Positions 47,822 through 56,959 of a stretch of 64,000 nucleotides of DNA are shown here, piece by piece. The stretch comes from Patescibacteria group bacterium (GTDB lineage Bacteria; Patescibacteriota; Saccharimonadia; CAILAD01; BJGX01): NCBI GenBank assembly GCA_026397045.1, contig JAPLVO010000012.1:10654-74653 (forward strand), given 5' to 3'. A program made the position numbers and the translations under genes. The first letter of the stretch is position 1, and every line of letters begins with the position of its first letter. Below the pieces are notes generated by a model. The model ran no database searches and was not told the DNA's origin. It worked only from the letters and a program-made list of their open reading frames with translations.

Positions 47822-50800
47822 TTGCCTAATAAACTCTCATCCCCCAGCCCCTCATATTCCAGCCCCTTATCTCCAAGTCCTTATGAGGGTCTCACCGGAA
47901 AATCTAAAGTTGGCAGCACGCCTTCACTTGACGGTATTACCCCTACAGCTCTGGGCAATCCCGACGGCAGCGATCTTGCAGGATCAACATCAGAAAAGCG
48001 ACCAGGGAGGCCACGGAAAGAACCAGCGAGGAGTTCTGATATAAAACGAATGCCCGAATGGAAGAATACCAACAAGTCCTCTACAGCCAGCCGTTCTTCT
48101 GCAGACGAACCCACGCCTCAGCGCAGTAAGCCAGAAGCTCCTGCACCTCAACCCAAAAAGCAAGAAGCTCTTGCACCCGAACCTGCCCCTGCACCCAGCC
48201 AGCCAGAAGCTCCCGCCCAGGCCGAACAGTCAGCTTCACCGCAGCTCCAAGCGCTGACGGAGCCAAGCCCAAGGGCTGATGAGACGATAGATGATTATTA
48301 CCAGCGGCTATTCGGCTTGAGTTTTGAAGAGGCCCAGGACCGTAAAGGGGATACAAATCTTTTGAGCCCGCAGCAGAAGGGTGCCTTGACAAGAGAACGC
48401 AACAGGCTCGATAAACATCTCCGCAGCCTAGACTCACAAGACAGCGATCTACCAGCTGCGGAAACCAAAAGGCTGCAAGACCTTAATTTCGTGCTGGAAA
48501 ATGCGCAGCCATTTGAACCTGGGAACAACGATGATCCGAATCTCAGATGGCGACTCCCCAGCCTCGCATCCGATAAAATGACGGTTCCTGATGCAACCTC
48601 CGAAACTAACGCCCCGACGCCAACTATCCTTGATCCGCTTACAGTAGCTGACGCTCTAGAAAGCCCGTATACAAGCCTCATAGAATCACTTAGCTTAGAG
48701 CTCGACAGCAGTGAAACCGTCGTCATTGCGGGCCAATCATACAATAAAGGCGATACCGTGTTCTATACTTCAGGTGCAGGCAATGAGGGTGAATATTTCG
48801 TTTTGACAAATACGATTGCAGACCCCCCAGGGTTGGTTTTGCAAAATGTGGAAACGGAACTTGTTTTTGCAATTTCTGGCGATACGGACCCTGCTATGCT
48901 CCGCCCCGGCTCGATTGCTAGTCCTGCTGTAGCGCCCACAGGCGAACCTGCGCTAAATTTCAGGCCATACGACGAAACCGATCCGGTCCTGGGTGGCGGC
49001 ATGGATTCGGAAACCTATAGATTTGATGATATCAAAGATCCAGCCAAGCCTCCTACTGAGGGCCCCATCGATAATCCTCCACAGGAACCAGTTGAAGAGC
49101 CTGAGCCTCCTTCGCCGTCCCCAGACCAAGGGCCTATCATATTGTACTCATTGGACACCACTGAAACAGACAAGGCCTTGTCCTTATTGAAAGCAGATGA
49201 GCAGGTAGATAAAGAGCTTCAGGAAATTCGAAAGGAACTGTTTGAGCCAAAAAACCCATCAGACAGCAGATTCGCAAGGCTGGTTCAGACAGCAGCAAAA
49301 GGGGTTAGATCGACATTTCGTCATCCAATTAAGGCTTTTAAATATATAGCCAGAAGCACAGTAACCAGAGAAGCCACCCGGCAGAGATACGCGAAAGGGC
49401 ACCTAGAAGCCTCCGAAGGAGTCGATTTCCACGACGCTTTAGCTGGGGATGTGGCTAAGCGATTAGACCTTGGGGAGGACTTCTTGCAAAATGGCGAAAG
49501 ACTGCTCGGCGAAGACAACTCTGAAGTCAGAGCAGTTAAGGACGCTTTGAATGTAGTTTTTCAGCAGGGTATTGAAGGAACTACAGACAGGGATTCCACA
49601 CTCAATGACGCCAGGCGTATATTGGCAGAAGCCCCCTGGCTAAAAGGAGGTTCCGATCAAGAAGTCCACATGCTTAAAAATCTTGAAGAGATGTACGATA
49701 GGATAACCATCGCCGTCGAGCACGAATCTGGGCTTGCCGCTATCGATGCCGCCTATCAGCTTAAAGGTGGCGAAGTCACACTTGGCGTAAACTCCGAAGC
49801 CCACAAGACAGCCACAGATAGAATTATGGAAAAACTCACCAATAGTCGGTTCAAAGCCTTGATAGTAAATGAGGCAACAATAGCTATAGCAGTAGGAGTA
49901 GTTGTTAATACGGCAGGTTACCTGGCTCGTAGCAAAGGATCTAGGTATGTCGCGGGGGCGCTGGTAGGTGGTCCTGTCGGTATCGCCTTAGTTGCAGGCT
50001 CAGCTGGTTTGTTTGCCGCGGCGAGAGAACGCACCACCTTGCGCCAAGAGCGGGCCTTAAGAATGTATCAGATAGCCTCGGGCCAATCCGAAGTAGCCAA
50101 TGACAGCGATACGGCTCCTCGATCTACCGAAGTCGATGCCTCACTCTACGAAATGGTATCTGCCAGAGATGTACTCGATGACTTCTCCAGATTAACACCG
50201 GATGATCCGGCGACCTTATCATCATCCGAGGCCAGAGAAATTCTAGCAAGTTTGGTTGCCCTCAGAACCAATCAGAGTATCGGCGACGAATCTTCGATAG
50301 ATCTAATAAAGTATTCCTCCGAGGACATGATTGAGTCCGAAAAGTCGTTATTGATGGTGGCTAGAGCCGAAGCTGAAATATTACTCAGAAATTACTATTC
50401 CAACCATCCAGATGAATTGCCAAATATTGCAGGCAGAAATTTTGATGAAAAAATCGCTGCACTTACGGAACTATCCAAGGCGGACTTAAGCTCTAATGAG
50501 ATAACCGACAGAGACAAAGTTTTCGGTAAGCTAACCAGGAAGCGGGCATTTATGAGGGGTCTTGCTACTGCTGGCTTCGCAGGTGCTGGTAGCTATATAT
50601 CGGCACAGATGAGCGAGCATTTTAGCCATCAAATTGATGGTAAAACTGTTACAGCAGGCAATCTGGCCAATGACCCCACCACCTATAGTTTTAAGGGGGA
50701 CACAATAAATATGCCTAAAGGGTATACGATACAAGGCACCTCGATTCTGGATGGAAATGGCAAACATATTGTGGACGGGCTAGTGCCGAAGGCCGATGGC

Positions 50801-53029
50801 GGGTTATCGCCAGAAAGTATCGCGCTACTAGATGCTAAGGGAATAGGGGTCGAGCAAACAGTCGTGATGCATGATTTTGTATCTACCAGAGAGGTGTCTT
50901 ACGATGAGTTTGTTAGGCTTAAACCCGAAAGGTTCCAGCAAATTTCAAGAGAAGTATGGAAAAATAACGACACAACTAGATTTGATCTTAATGAGCTTAG
51001 GGGGGATTTCAAACTTTCCGAAAATGGCGATATAGTTGTAGCCACCAACCGGCTCACCGACACGGGCTCGTTTGGCCAGGGCGAAAGCGTGGCGGCACAT
51101 TCCGAGCAGCTAGCGGGGCGGCTTAAAATATTAATGACACCAGATAAGGGCAACCAGAGCTCGGCAGTTGTCCTAGATGTCTCCCCCGATGGTACAACCG
51201 TAATACCTAAGGGTTCGGATCTTTATAACTTATTTAAGGTAGATCCAACTGCCACTGGTATTGGTCAAGTTAAGCTGGATTCGGGGTTTTTAGAAATAGC
51301 AACCCCGGGTGGACCAACCGCCGATGGATCCCAAAGCTTTCAAATACTTGCTACTCAGGTCGGTAATAACCCTCCTGGCACTGTATTAATAACAGAAAAT
51401 ATCAGTACGCCAGTGTACCAAACTACTCTGCTTGTTCCAAAAGAGACCTATATTCCAGGCAGCGACTTCCGAGCGCCTTTTATACCTATCGCAGCGCCAT
51501 TGCCTCGTAGGCCATTAGACGAAGTTATCCCTCGTGGTGTCCATGAACCATATTTGGAGTCTCCATATTTTGGATATCAGTCTGGCGAGTTTAGCCCTGA
51601 AGACGAAGATCGGATACATAGGCGTTTCTCAGAACGGTTACGCAATAATCCCGATGCTGTACTTGATCCTCGAGAGGAGATTGAGGGCTATTTAGCTGGT
51701 ATGGATCCGGAGCGCAGAGAAGCGCTGGAAGATTTAGCCGAGCAGACCGAGGCTATGAGTAATACTTGCGAAATAGCTGTAGCAATCCCGGTTAATGGTG
51801 CTCAGGAAGGTAAGAATATTTACAAAACATTACAATGGTATTCTAAACAACTAGATACAGAAGGTAACCCTCTAGATCCTGGGAAATTTGAGATTGTGTT
51901 GTTTGTAAATAAGCCTACCGACTTAGAGTGGGATGAAACATTAAGCGAAATTGAAAGATTTAAGTCCCAATATCCGAATGTTCCGATCAGGGTGATTCAA
52001 CGAGAGTATCCACCCGAGCAAGCAAGAATAGGTAGAATTAGGAGAGACATGACCGACTTAACACTCTTGCGCCAGAGTAGACGCACGGTCGATCAGGATT
52101 TAGTCGTGGTTAGTAACGATGCTGATTGCAAAGGTTTGGGCGCTTCCTACATAGCAACAATACTAGAACAAACCGAGGTACAGGCCGCCGATGGTCTGTC
52201 GGGGCGCTTAGAATGGGACCCCACTACAAATATAGAGTCCCCGTTGTATCATATGGGCGTTAAGTTCATGCAGATGCTCGATCTTATCGATAGACATCCG
52301 TCGCCAGGCTCGGGGAGGCAGGCTAGGTATCGTTACCCTGGCGCTAACTTCGCATTTAAAGCTTCAATGTATGCTGGCGTTGGTGGATACGATGAGGGTA
52401 GCGTTAAGGCCGAAGATGTCGTGCTTGGGAGGACAATTAAGATGGCCCGCCGTGGCTCTGATAAGTTTACTGGAGTTGGATTTTATGGAGGGGACAATGT
52501 TGTTTATACTGATTCCAGACGAGGTATAACTGTTTTCAACCAGGGATATCCGCCAGCAGCTCAATGGTCGAAGCTCAGCTTTGGACCTAAGGATGCCGCT
52601 CGCGAAGGAGCGGAGATAGAGGATGGTATAAATTACGATCTACTTTTAAGCGAAGAGCCCAGGCTGATTAATAAAACTCGCCAAAAAAGAGCACGAAGGC
52701 TATTTGAAGCTGAGCTATCGAGGTTTATAGAACAAACACTTGAGGAGTATCGCATTATATCCGACAACACCACCTACCATGAAGGCATGCGTATGCCAAC
52801 TGATGTAGAAATAGCTGGTAGGGCGGTGGAGGCCATGCGAATAGATGCGACTATAGAGGTTTCGAACGGTGAAGTAAGAGTTTCAGTTGTTGATGCTTCT
52901 AAGCTATATAGCTACCTCCGCGGTTATCGTAAATCTGGATTGCGCAATTATATGGCCCGAACTGATCTCGGAAGAGTTTTTTCTGGCGGAATCAATGAAG
53001 TCTTCCCCGATCTTGAAGCTGCGGCTTAA
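47822..53029 (+). CDS. Giant (1735 aa) multi-domain protein: disordered Pro/Ser/Ala-rich N-terminus, two central TM helices, C-terminal GT-A-like glycosyltransferase domain
   Basis: Uninterrupted 5.2-kb ORF with a TTG start. The N-terminal ~330 aa are low-complexity (SPSPSYSSPLSPSP, PEAPAPQP repeats, GRPRK). A hydrophobic pair lies at about residues 690-735 (IAIAVGVVVNTAGYL ... ALVGGPVGIALVAGSAGLFAAA). The C-terminal region has a GT-A pattern: IAVAIPVNG ... FEIVLFVNK ... IRVIQRE ... DLVVVSNDADC. Confidence 0.65.
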   Translation: MPNKLSSPSPSYSSPLSPSPYEGLTGKSKVGSTPSLDGITPTALGNPDGSDLAGSTSEKRPGRPRKEPARSSDIKRMPEWKNTNKSSTASRSSADEPTPQRSKPEAPAPQPKKQEALAPEPAPAPSQPEAPAQAEQSASPQLQALTEPSPRADETIDDYYQRLFGLSFEEAQDRKGDTNLLSPQQKGALTRERNRLDKHLRSLDSQDSDLPAAETKRLQDLNFVLENAQPFEPGNNDDPNLRWRLPSLASDKMTVPDATSETNAPTPTILDPLTVADALESPYTSLIESLSLELDSSETVVIAGQSYNKGDTVFYTSGAGNEGEYFVLTNTIADPPGLVLQNVETELVFAISGDTDPAMLRPGSIASPAVAPTGEPALNFRPYDETDPVLGGGMDSETYRFDDIKDPAKPPTEGPIDNPPQEPVEEPEPPSPSPDQGPIILYSLDTTETDKALSLLKADEQVDKELQEIRKELFEPKNPSDSRFARLVQTAAKGVRSTFRHPIKAFKYIARSTVTREATRQRYAKGHLEASEGVDFHDALAGDVAKRLDLGEDFLQNGERLLGEDNSEVRAVKDALNVVFQQGIEGTTDRDSTLNDARRILAEAPWLKGGSDQEVHMLKNLEEMYDRITIAVEHESGLAAIDAAYQLKGGEVTLGVNSEAHKTATDRIMEKLTNSRFKALIVNEATIAIAVGVVVNTAGYLARSKGSRYVAGALVGGPVGIALVAGSAGLFAAARERTTLRQERALRMYQIASGQSEVANDSDTAPRSTEVDASLYEMVSARDVLDDFSRLTPDDPATLSSSEAREILASLVALRTNQSIGDESSIDLIKYSSEDMIESEKSLLMVARAEAEILLRNYYSNHPDELPNIAGRNFDEKIAALTELSKADLSSNEITDRDKVFGKLTRKRAFMRGLATAGFAGAGSYISAQMSEHFSHQIDGKTVTAGNLANDPTTYSFKGDTINMPKGYTIQGTSILDGNGKHIVDGLVPKADGGLSPESIALLDAKGIGVEQTVVMHDFVSTREVSYDEFVRLKPERFQQISREVWKNNDTTRFDLNELRGDFKLSENGDIVVATNRLTDTGSFGQGESVAAHSEQLAGRLKILMTPDKGNQSSAVVLDVSPDGTTVIPKGSDLYNLFKVDPTATGIGQVKLDSGFLEIATPGGPTADGSQSFQILATQVGNNPPGTVLITENISTPVYQTTLLVPKETYIPGSDFRAPFIPIAAPLPRRPLDEVIPRGVHEPYLESPYFGYQSGEFSPEDEDRIHRRFSERLRNNPDAVLDPREEIEGYLAGMDPERREALEDLAEQTEAMSNTCEIAVAIPVNGAQEGKNIYKTLQWYSKQLDTEGNPLDPGKFEIVLFVNKPTDLEWDETLSEIERFKSQYPNVPIRVIQREYPPEQARIGRIRRDMTDLTLLRQSRRTVDQDLVVVSNDADCKGLGASYIATILEQTEVQAADGLSGRLEWDPTTNIESPLYHMGVKFMQMLDLIDRHPSPGSGRQARYRYPGANFAFKASMYAGVGGYDEGSVKAEDVVLGRTIKMARRGSDKFTGVGFYGGDNVVYTDSRRGITVFNQGYPPAAQWSKLSFGPKDAAREGAEIEDGINYDLLLSEEPRLINKTRQKRARRLFEAELSRFIEQTLEEYRIISDNTTYHEGMRMPTDVEIAGRAVEAMRIDATIEVSNGEVRVSVVDASKLYSYLRGYRKSGLRNYMARTDLGRVFSGGINEVFPDLEAAA

Positions 53030-53055
53030 ACACAAGCTTTATCCTAACAAAACTA

Positions 53056-53084
53056 TTGACAAAATGCTTATTTTATAGTATCTT
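53056..53084 (+). promoter_or_regulatory. Sigma70-like promoter at the left edge of the GC-rich island
   Basis: TTGACA, a 17-nt spacer, then TATCTT. Followed by SD AAAGGAGGG. Confidence 0.45.
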
Positions 53085-53141
53085 TGCAAATGATTCCCGT
53101 AAATCGCGGGAGTAGTAGTTTTTTAGAAAGGAGGGCCAGTG

Positions 53142-53729
53142 ATGGCCCGTACGTCAAAAGAAGTCGATGCTCTCCTAGGAGAGCTAGAAGACGCGGCAGC
53201 GCGTCATCATAGTGCACTGCTTGCGCAGTGCGCCGTGGACGACGAGGTTGAAAGGAGGTTCGACCGAGTTTTGAGTCTCTACGAGAGGCTCACCGCTAGG
53301 ATCGGGGGGCTGGCCGACCAGCACGATGCCACCGTACAGCGTGTTAACCGGCTTGAAAAAAGGGTTGACACGCTCAGCAACCCTCTTTTTACGCTGCTGA
53401 TTGGGGTGGCGGCTGTGGCTGGCTGGCTTTTCCTCAGCCTGTGGATCAAGTCCACAGTTGGCAACAACGCCCGGGTGTGGATGGACGGCCAAGAAATTCT
53501 TTGGCGGGACCACCCGCAGTTTGATGCATTAACGGGCAATATCATCGGTGGAGGCGTAGCCTTCATAGTTGGTATGACCGTAGTTTGCTTGATCATCGAT
53601 TTGATGAGTAACAGCAATCCGCAACCAAAACGCCAAAACCCGCCTGCCGTGGCGGTGGAGGAAGAACAGGTTCAACAGCCTGTCCGGGCCTTGCCCAGTC
53701 CGGCCAACGCCGGCCAGCTTAACCCGTGA
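53142..53729 (+). CDS. GC-rich island gene 1: membrane protein with a cytoplasmic coiled-coil N-terminus and two TM helices
   Basis: High-GC codon usage contrasting with its neighbours. An ATG 6 nt after the SD (the ORF track starts at the GTG at 53139). Followed by a GGTGCGTGC/GCACGCACC hairpin at 53737-53771. Confidence 0.55.
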   Translation: MARTSKEVDALLGELEDAAARHHSALLAQCAVDDEVERRFDRVLSLYERLTARIGGLADQHDATVQRVNRLEKRVDTLSNPLFTLLIGVAAVAGWLFLSLWIKSTVGNNARVWMDGQEILWRDHPQFDALTGNIIGGGVAFIVGMTVVCLIIDLMSNSNPQPKRQNPPAVAVEEEQVQQPVRALPSPANAGQLNP

Positions 53730-53888
53730 ACGGCACTGGTGCGTGCAGGGGGATTTATCCCTCCGCACGCACCACAACTTTTTGAACCAACTGCATTGTT
53801 ATCAGGTCTATAGGACAACCTGGTGGCAAGTAGGTGTTTCTAAAACACATTTTCCAATGTCCCCTTGCTCTCGAAAGGAGCTAGTACC

Positions 53889-54893
53889 ATGACATCAAAG
53901 AAGAGAACCCTGTTTGGGGTTATGGGTGGTTTTATCTTCGTTTTGTTTTTCCTGTTGTTCCTTTTAGGGGGCAATGGGCAGGCAACGCCTACAACAACCA
54001 CCACCACAACGGTATTGCCGGGGGAGTGCACCAGCCAGGTGCATTACTTCCGGCACGACTTGCCAGCCGAAGTGAACCATTTCGGCCCGGCTGCGCCGGA
54101 CGGTGATGTCCAGCAGGTCCTTGCGGACCTACACAACCGGATCTGCGTCGATCCGGCGCTGACGATGGCACTCCGTCAGTACTCTGATCGCCAGTATACC
54201 TCTCCGGAGGAACGACTGGCGATCACTGAAGGGCTCGTAGCCAACCGAGAGGCTTGGGCATTAAATGTCCTTGCTATCGAGGGCCGCCAGGCCACGGCCG
54301 TGAAGGTGGAGATTGTGAAGATGAGCGAGCCTTACCGCACGCTCTACATGGTCAACACCCCTATCCCCGGTATCTACCAAGATGCCGTGGACCGGCCGGA
54401 GTATCGTGTGCTTAGATTCACCTACGCCGATGGTTATGTCGATAACTACAAGCTCGATTGCGGGTATCAACCCGTCGAGCCTGTTTTTGCCGGCATTCCA
54501 GGCCCGCCGCCGACAACGGCGCCAGGAAAAGGTGGAAAGGTCACGCCAAGTGGCCCAAACCCACCACCGCCTGGCCCGCCACCGACAACGGCACCGCCGA
54601 CCACGGCACCACCGACCACTTGCCCGCCCACGGTGTGCAAAGGGCCGGATACCGCCCCCGCAGCCTGCATCGACAATGTCGGTGTAAGCTGTACTGGGAT
54701 TCCGGGGTCAGGTGGCTCCCCCGGCAACGGTGGAGCAATCAACCACGGAAATGATGGCTATTCGCCATCAGATCCGCCGCCGCCCACCTGGGTGGCACCG
54801 GCGCCGGTGCCAACTTCGGTGGTGGCTCTGCCATCGACAACGGCACCGCCACCACCGACCCAGAACCTCAGTCCGGGAGATATCCCGGGCTGA
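53889..54893 (+). CDS. GC-rich island gene 2: secreted or anchored Pro/Thr-rich, Cys-containing protein
   Basis: SD AAGGAG 10 nt before the ATG at 53889 (the ORF track starts at 53865). N-terminal hydrophobic segment, a poly-Thr run, PPTTAPPTTAPPTTCPPTVC repeats, and GC-rich third codon positions. Confidence 0.55.
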   Translation: MTSKKRTLFGVMGGFIFVLFFLLFLLGGNGQATPTTTTTTTVLPGECTSQVHYFRHDLPAEVNHFGPAAPDGDVQQVLADLHNRICVDPALTMALRQYSDRQYTSPEERLAITEGLVANREAWALNVLAIEGRQATAVKVEIVKMSEPYRTLYMVNTPIPGIYQDAVDRPEYRVLRFTYADGYVDNYKLDCGYQPVEPVFAGIPGPPPTTAPGKGGKVTPSGPNPPPPGPPPTTAPPTTAPPTTCPPTVCKGPDTAPAACIDNVGVSCTGIPGSGGSPGNGGAINHGNDGYSPSDPPPPTWVAPAPVPTSVVALPSTTAPPPPTQNLSPGDIPG

Positions 54894-54896
54894 GAA

Positions 54897-54928
54897 CCCG
54901 GTGGCTGAGGGGTAAAACCCTCAGCCAC
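54897..54928 (+). terminator. Perfect 12-bp inverted repeat hairpin closing the GC-rich island (I-shaped, no U-tract)
   Basis: GGTGGCTGAGGG-GTAAAA-CCCTCAGCCACC, followed by two further small hairpins. Confidence 0.5.
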
Positions 54929-55016
54929 CAACCCAAATTTCAAACTTGAACTCAGCTTGAGGGCTATCTGAGTTCAGGGTTGAATCCCTGCTAAAAAGCT
55001 AATGGTATAAATAGTA

Positions 55017-55045
55017 TTGACATATCTAACAAAAAGTGGTATTAT
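55017..55045 (+). promoter_or_regulatory. Sigma70-like promoter upstream of the LPXTG protein gene
   Basis: TTGACA, a 17-nt spacer, then TATTAT. Confidence 0.45.
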
Positions 55046-55163
55046 TCATTACCGTACATAGCCTTTGATCATTGAAAGCCAAATATCGCTAGAACTATCA
55101 TTCCTGACAGAACCGTCCCTATAAATATTATTTAATTAATCTTGTTTTAAAAGGAGTAAACTT

Positions 55164-56888
55164 ATGAAACTTAAAGCATTTGCAAAATTGGCAATACTTT
55201 CCGCAGCTATAGTGGCTGCTGTAATTGCGCCAATAACCGCAATAGCTGGATATGAGCCTGCCAACAGGCCCACTAAGACCTACGCTGGTCCTAGTACTCC
55301 AGCTTTTGACTACCCAGTATTTAATTCTTGGGTTAACACACCAAATTATGGTGATGAGCGAGCATTTTTTGACGCTGGCAATCAGACAAGCGGACCTTAT
55401 AAAGATCAGCTTGCTGTAGCTCCGGGCCAAGAAATCACCTTGCGTATGTATATTCACAACGGTGCGGCCCCAGGGCTTAATGGCACCAATTTAAATGGTC
55501 CAGGTGTTGCTAAGAACGCCCGTGTGCAAGTGTTCTTGCCTACTGCGACCTCGACTCAGCTTAGAAGCTTTGGCTATATCGTCGCCGATAATACCAACCC
55601 AGGCTGGGTAGCTGATTCAGTTGATTTCAACTCAGCTGTCCCCGTAAACATGGAATTTGTTAAGGGCTCAGCTCGATTAGCAAATGGCGCCAACCCTAAC
55701 GGTGTTGTGCTTCCAGATAGCATCGTGAATACCAACAACCAATTTAATGCCAACAGCCCTTCGGCTCCAATTGGCTATCAGACCATGAACGGTCTATTCC
55801 CAGGATGTTTCGAATTTGATGCCTTCGTAACCTTGAAGGTTAAGATCAACGGCCCTAGTCTTGCAGTTCAGAAAAAGGTAACCACTCCTGGCTCAACAAA
55901 CTGGCAAGAAAACCTTGATGTTAATTTCAACGATTCGAGTTCTACCCCTACCACTAGTTGGTTGGTGGAGTACAAGAATACCGGAACAACCATGATCACT
56001 AATGGTGTGGTACGAGACACCTTGCCTGCTAATTTGAAATTAGTTCCAGGCTCAGTGATGAACTTCGATGGTAACCACCCGCAAGGTATTGCAGTCGCCG
56101 ATAATGGCCTGTTTGCAGGCGGTGTGGGCGTGGGTAATATCGCTGCAGGCTCTAACGGCTTCTTCCGATTTAGAACAACCGTAGCAACCCCTTTTACCCC
56201 GAAAGAATGTGGAACCAAGAAGATAGTAAACACTGCACAGGCCGAAGCATCGGGTGTGGCAGTTATAAATGACACTGCTAGCGTAACAGCCACTAAAGAT
56301 ACTAACTGCGAAGTGCCTTCGGGCTTAATTTGTAAGAATCTTGATGTGACACTTTCGCCAGCAGATGCGATACTACCAAATAAGCCTACTTTTGTAGGCA
56401 CATCCGAGAAATCTGGTGCCGGTGCAATCAGCCCTTCAAAATATGAATATCATATTTCTAAGGTTACTGGCGAAACTGCAGTACCAATGCCTAATAGCCC
56501 AGTAGTGAGTGAATCTACCGAATTGACAAACACTGTCAAGGAAGCATATACATTCACTGAGGCTGGCGACTATAGGGTAGAGCTGAAGGTATTTGACAAG
56601 GAAGGTAAGCAGATCCAATCTGCCCCAGCTTGTAGCAAGAACTTTACATTAAGTGATGTTCCAGTACCTCCAGTACCTCCAGTACCTCCAGAACCACCAG
56701 TTCCTCCAGTTCCTCCAGTACCTTCAGTGAATCCGACTACTCCTGCTGTGGCTACTTTGCCAGAGACAGGTGTCGAGGCCGGTCTTGTAGGTGTGATAGG
56801 TTCTAGCGCGATGGCTATCGGTGCTCTAAAGTATCGAAAAAGCAGGAAGGATGTCATTGACGCCCTTTCCAAGGCTAGTAAACGCTAA
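55164..56888 (+). CDS. LPXTG-anchored cell-wall surface protein with DUF11-type repeat domains and a (PVP)n stalk
   Basis: N-terminal signal peptide; DUF11-like segments (V..DTLPANLKLVPGSV, LVEYKNTGTT); a C-terminal PVPPVPPVPPEPPVPPVPPVPS stalk; then LPETG, a hydrophobic stretch and a KYRKSRK sorting signal. Confidence 0.8.
   Translation: MKLKAFAKLAILSAAIVAAVIAPITAIAGYEPANRPTKTYAGPSTPAFDYPVFNSWVNTPNYGDERAFFDAGNQTSGPYKDQLAVAPGQEITLRMYIHNGAAPGLNGTNLNGPGVAKNARVQVFLPTATSTQLRSFGYIVADNTNPGWVADSVDFNSAVPVNMEFVKGSARLANGANPNGVVLPDSIVNTNNQFNANSPSAPIGYQTMNGLFPGCFEFDAFVTLKVKINGPSLAVQKKVTTPGSTNWQENLDVNFNDSSSTPTTSWLVEYKNTGTTMITNGVVRDTLPANLKLVPGSVMNFDGNHPQGIAVADNGLFAGGVGVGNIAAGSNGFFRFRTTVATPFTPKECGTKKIVNTAQAEASGVAVINDTASVTATKDTNCEVPSGLICKNLDVTLSPADAILPNKPTFVGTSEKSGAGAISPSKYEYHISKVTGETAVPMPNSPVVSESTELTNTVKEAYTFTEAGDYRVELKVFDKEGKQIQSAPACSKNFTLSDVPVPPVPPVPPEPPVPPVPPVPSVNPTTPAVATLPETGVEAGLVGVIGSSAMAIGALKYRKSRKDVIDALSKASKR
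56661..56723 (+). repeat. Seven tandem copies of a 9-bp unit (CCAGTACCT and variants) encoding the (PVP)n stalk
   Basis: Direct tandem repeat visible in the sequence, inside the LPXTG protein gene. Confidence 0.8.
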
Positions 56889-56900
56889 AAACTAAATAAT

Positions 56901-56930
56901 AAAAAAGACCTCTCAGGAGGTCTTTTTTAT
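56901..56930 (+). terminator. Rho-independent terminator after the LPXTG gene
   Basis: AGACCTC-TCAG-GAGGTCT stem-loop followed by TTTTTT. Confidence 0.85.
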
Positions 56931-56959
56931 TATCTGGCAATAAAGGCTATAATAGAATA

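Noticed and set aside
54382-54943. Several 60-100-aa ORFs on both strands (Arg/Pro/Gly-rich translations) inside the GC-rich island
   Set aside because: These are typical spurious antisense or alternate-frame ORFs produced by high-GC DNA. They overlap the better-supported 53889-54893 gene, which has an SD and a signal peptide.
54960-55000. A tRNA-like T-arm (CAGGG-TTGAATC-CCCTG) that might mark a tRNA or an integration site
   Set aside because: The loop has G at the position of the invariant C56, and no acceptor or anticodon arms can be formed from the flanking sequence. It is more likely part of the hairpin cluster terminating the GC-rich island.
56661-56723. A short, regularly spaced repeat that could superficially resemble a CRISPR or mini-array
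   Set aside because: A 9-bp unit with no spacers, in frame inside a CDS, encoding a (PVP)n stalk. It is a coding tandem repeat, not CRISPR.
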